Origin: Escherichia coli
GTDB taxonomy: Bacteria > Pseudomonadota > Gammaproteobacteria > Enterobacterales > Enterobacteriaceae
Length of the DNA: 773 nt
Reading direction: 5' to 3' (one strand)
NCBI RefSeq assembly: GCF_003334405.1
Contig: NZ_QOWM01000052.1
Below the pieces are notes generated by a model that saw only the letters and a list, made by a program, of their open reading frames with translations, made no database searches and was not told where the DNA came from. Each line of letters opens with the position of its first letter. The first letter of the stretch is position 1. The position numbers were made by a program, and so were the translations under genes. Below are positions 1 to 773 of this stretch, one piece after another.

Positions 1-773
1 GCCAGCGGCAGGCCGCGATGGTCGCAGTGGTACAGGTGGATTTTTCGCGCCGGCGTGTACACCGGGTCCATCTGGTTTTGCATCTGCTCCACGGTCAGGC
101 CGCACGATGCCAGCCAGCGGCGGCTTTCCTCACTCACCCGGTCAGCCAGGATTTCACTTTCCAGCCGGTCGAGCATCTGCACCAGCACCGGCGGGAACAC
201 CACACTGCCACCGTCTTCGCCGCCGGACTGCTGAAGGGTATCCGCCAGGCTGCGGCGCTGCGTTTTCGCCAGCTCACCGGTGGCGGTTTCAACCCTGATG
301 AGTGGCGTGAAGCTCCCCGGCTGATAAATCGTCTGGATGCGGGTTCTGTCGTTCTGTATCGTGGTCAGGCGGTCGCCGTCCCAGCCGTACCAGGTCACTT
401 GCGGTTTCCGTGACAGCGACATCCAGCCCGTCAGGTCCCGTTCACGCCGCCACACCCGTTTTGCCACCCTGCGGCCCAGCGGGTCGTAAAGATAGCGACT
501 TTCGACCAGCGGCTCTTCATATTGTGTCCGCGTGTAGTGCACCAGCCGGTGCTGACTGTCGTAATGGTACCGGTGAGTCCGCTCATCATCCGTGCGGATA
601 ACCCCTTCCGGGATGAGGTCGGTTTTCTCTGTCAGCCTGCCGTGACGGTCATACCGGTAAAGATAGTGCGCGTCACGGGCGATACGGTTATCCGGCCACA
701 TGCTGAGGGTGCTGTCCGGGTGCAGCTCCGGGTCGGGCAGGCGGTTACCTGCCGGGTCTGTGGCATACGGGAT
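1..773 (-). CDS. rhs: Rhs-family (YD-repeat) polymorphic toxin core protein, internal fragment; partial at both ends (N-terminal side beyond position 773, C-terminal side beyond position 1)
   Basis: Seen in sequence: the reverse-complement frame starting at position 773 (codon 1 = 773..771) runs 257 codons to position 3 with no stop, plus a 2-nt partial codon at 2..1. Hand translation: [258 protein letters not shown]. It contains canonical YD repeats ([42 protein letters not shown]) at roughly 25-38 residue spacing. Established knowledge, recalled not searched: this matches the C-terminal third of enterobacterial Rhs core proteins (E. coli RhsA/B/C-like). GC is about 63% by hand count, as expected for Rhs cores. 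The gene symbol is generic because core paralogs are near-identical and the distinguishing tip is outside the window. Confidence 0.93.
   Translation of the reverse strand, partial: MPYATDPAGNRLPDPELHPDSTLSMWPDNRIARDAHYLYRYDRHGRLTEKTDLIPEGVIRTDDERTHRYHYDSQHRLVHYTRTQYEEPLVESRYLYDPLGRRVAKRVWRRERDLTGWMSLSRKPQVTWYGWDGDRLTTIQNDRTRIQTIYQPGSFTPLIRVETATGELAKTQRRSLADTLQQSGGEDGGSVVFPPVLVQMLDRLESEILADRVSEESRRWLASCGLTVEQMQNQMDPVYTPARKIHLYHCDHRGLPL

Noticed and set aside
27-50. T5 run at 41..45, considered as a possible intrinsic terminator.
   Set aside because: I found no convincing GC-rich inverted repeat immediately upstream, and it sits inside an uninterrupted reading frame (minus-strand codons cga aaa atc, Arg-Lys-Ile).
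107-298. Plus-strand ORF of 63 aa ([16 protein letters not shown]...).
   Set aside because: Short, Pro/Gly/Ala/Arg-rich antisense frame fully inside the Rhs CDS and overlapping the 18..413 ORF in another frame; a compositional artefact.
18-413. Plus-strand ORF of 131 aa from the supplied track ([32 protein letters not shown]...).
   Set aside because: It is antisense to a confidently identified Rhs CDS. The Arg/His/Ala/Leu-rich, low-complexity composition is typical of spurious frames opposite GC-rich genes, and there is no recognisable domain or obvious ribosome-binding site.
410-601. Plus-strand ORF of 63 aa ([20 protein letters not shown]...).
   Set aside because: Same reasoning: antisense to the Rhs core, low complexity, no supporting signals.
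486-666. Exact 10-bp direct repeat gtaaagatag at 486..495 and 657..666, 171 bp apart.
   Set aside because: On the minus strand both copies read ctatctttac and encode the Tyr-Leu-Tyr of two YD repeats (RYLYDP and HYLYRYD) in the same frame, so it is a DNA echo of the protein repeat, not an insertion-sequence repeat, att site or CRISPR-like element.
1-773. Scanned for tRNA, rRNA or ncRNA, CRISPR repeats, insertion-sequence terminal inverted repeats, promoters and integrase att sites.
   Set aside because: Nothing found: no regularly spaced DNA repeats, no AT-rich intergenic stretch and no cloverleaf-like palindromes; the window is coding end to end on the minus strand.

Overview
The whole 773-bp window is an internal piece of one gene on the minus strand: the conserved core of an Rhs-family (YD-repeat) polymorphic toxin, open at both window edges. 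The supplied ORF track misses it because it has no start or stop inside the window; the three listed plus-strand ORFs are antisense artefacts of GC-rich coding DNA. Translating the reverse complement from position 773 gives 257 codons with no stop and several textbook YD repeats (for example [11 protein letters not shown]), followed by the conserved YD-free segment ending [15 protein letters not shown]. From memory this segment lies shortly upstream of the DPxGL core/tip junction in enterobacterial Rhs proteins. I see no RNA gene, CRISPR array, mobile-element end, promoter or terminator. I do not see a previously undescribed system inside this window: it is a well-known, highly conserved module. 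The interesting biology is the variable toxin tip and immunity gene, which should lie just beyond the left edge (position 1), outside what I can see. Paralog and host cannot be assigned from core sequence alone.
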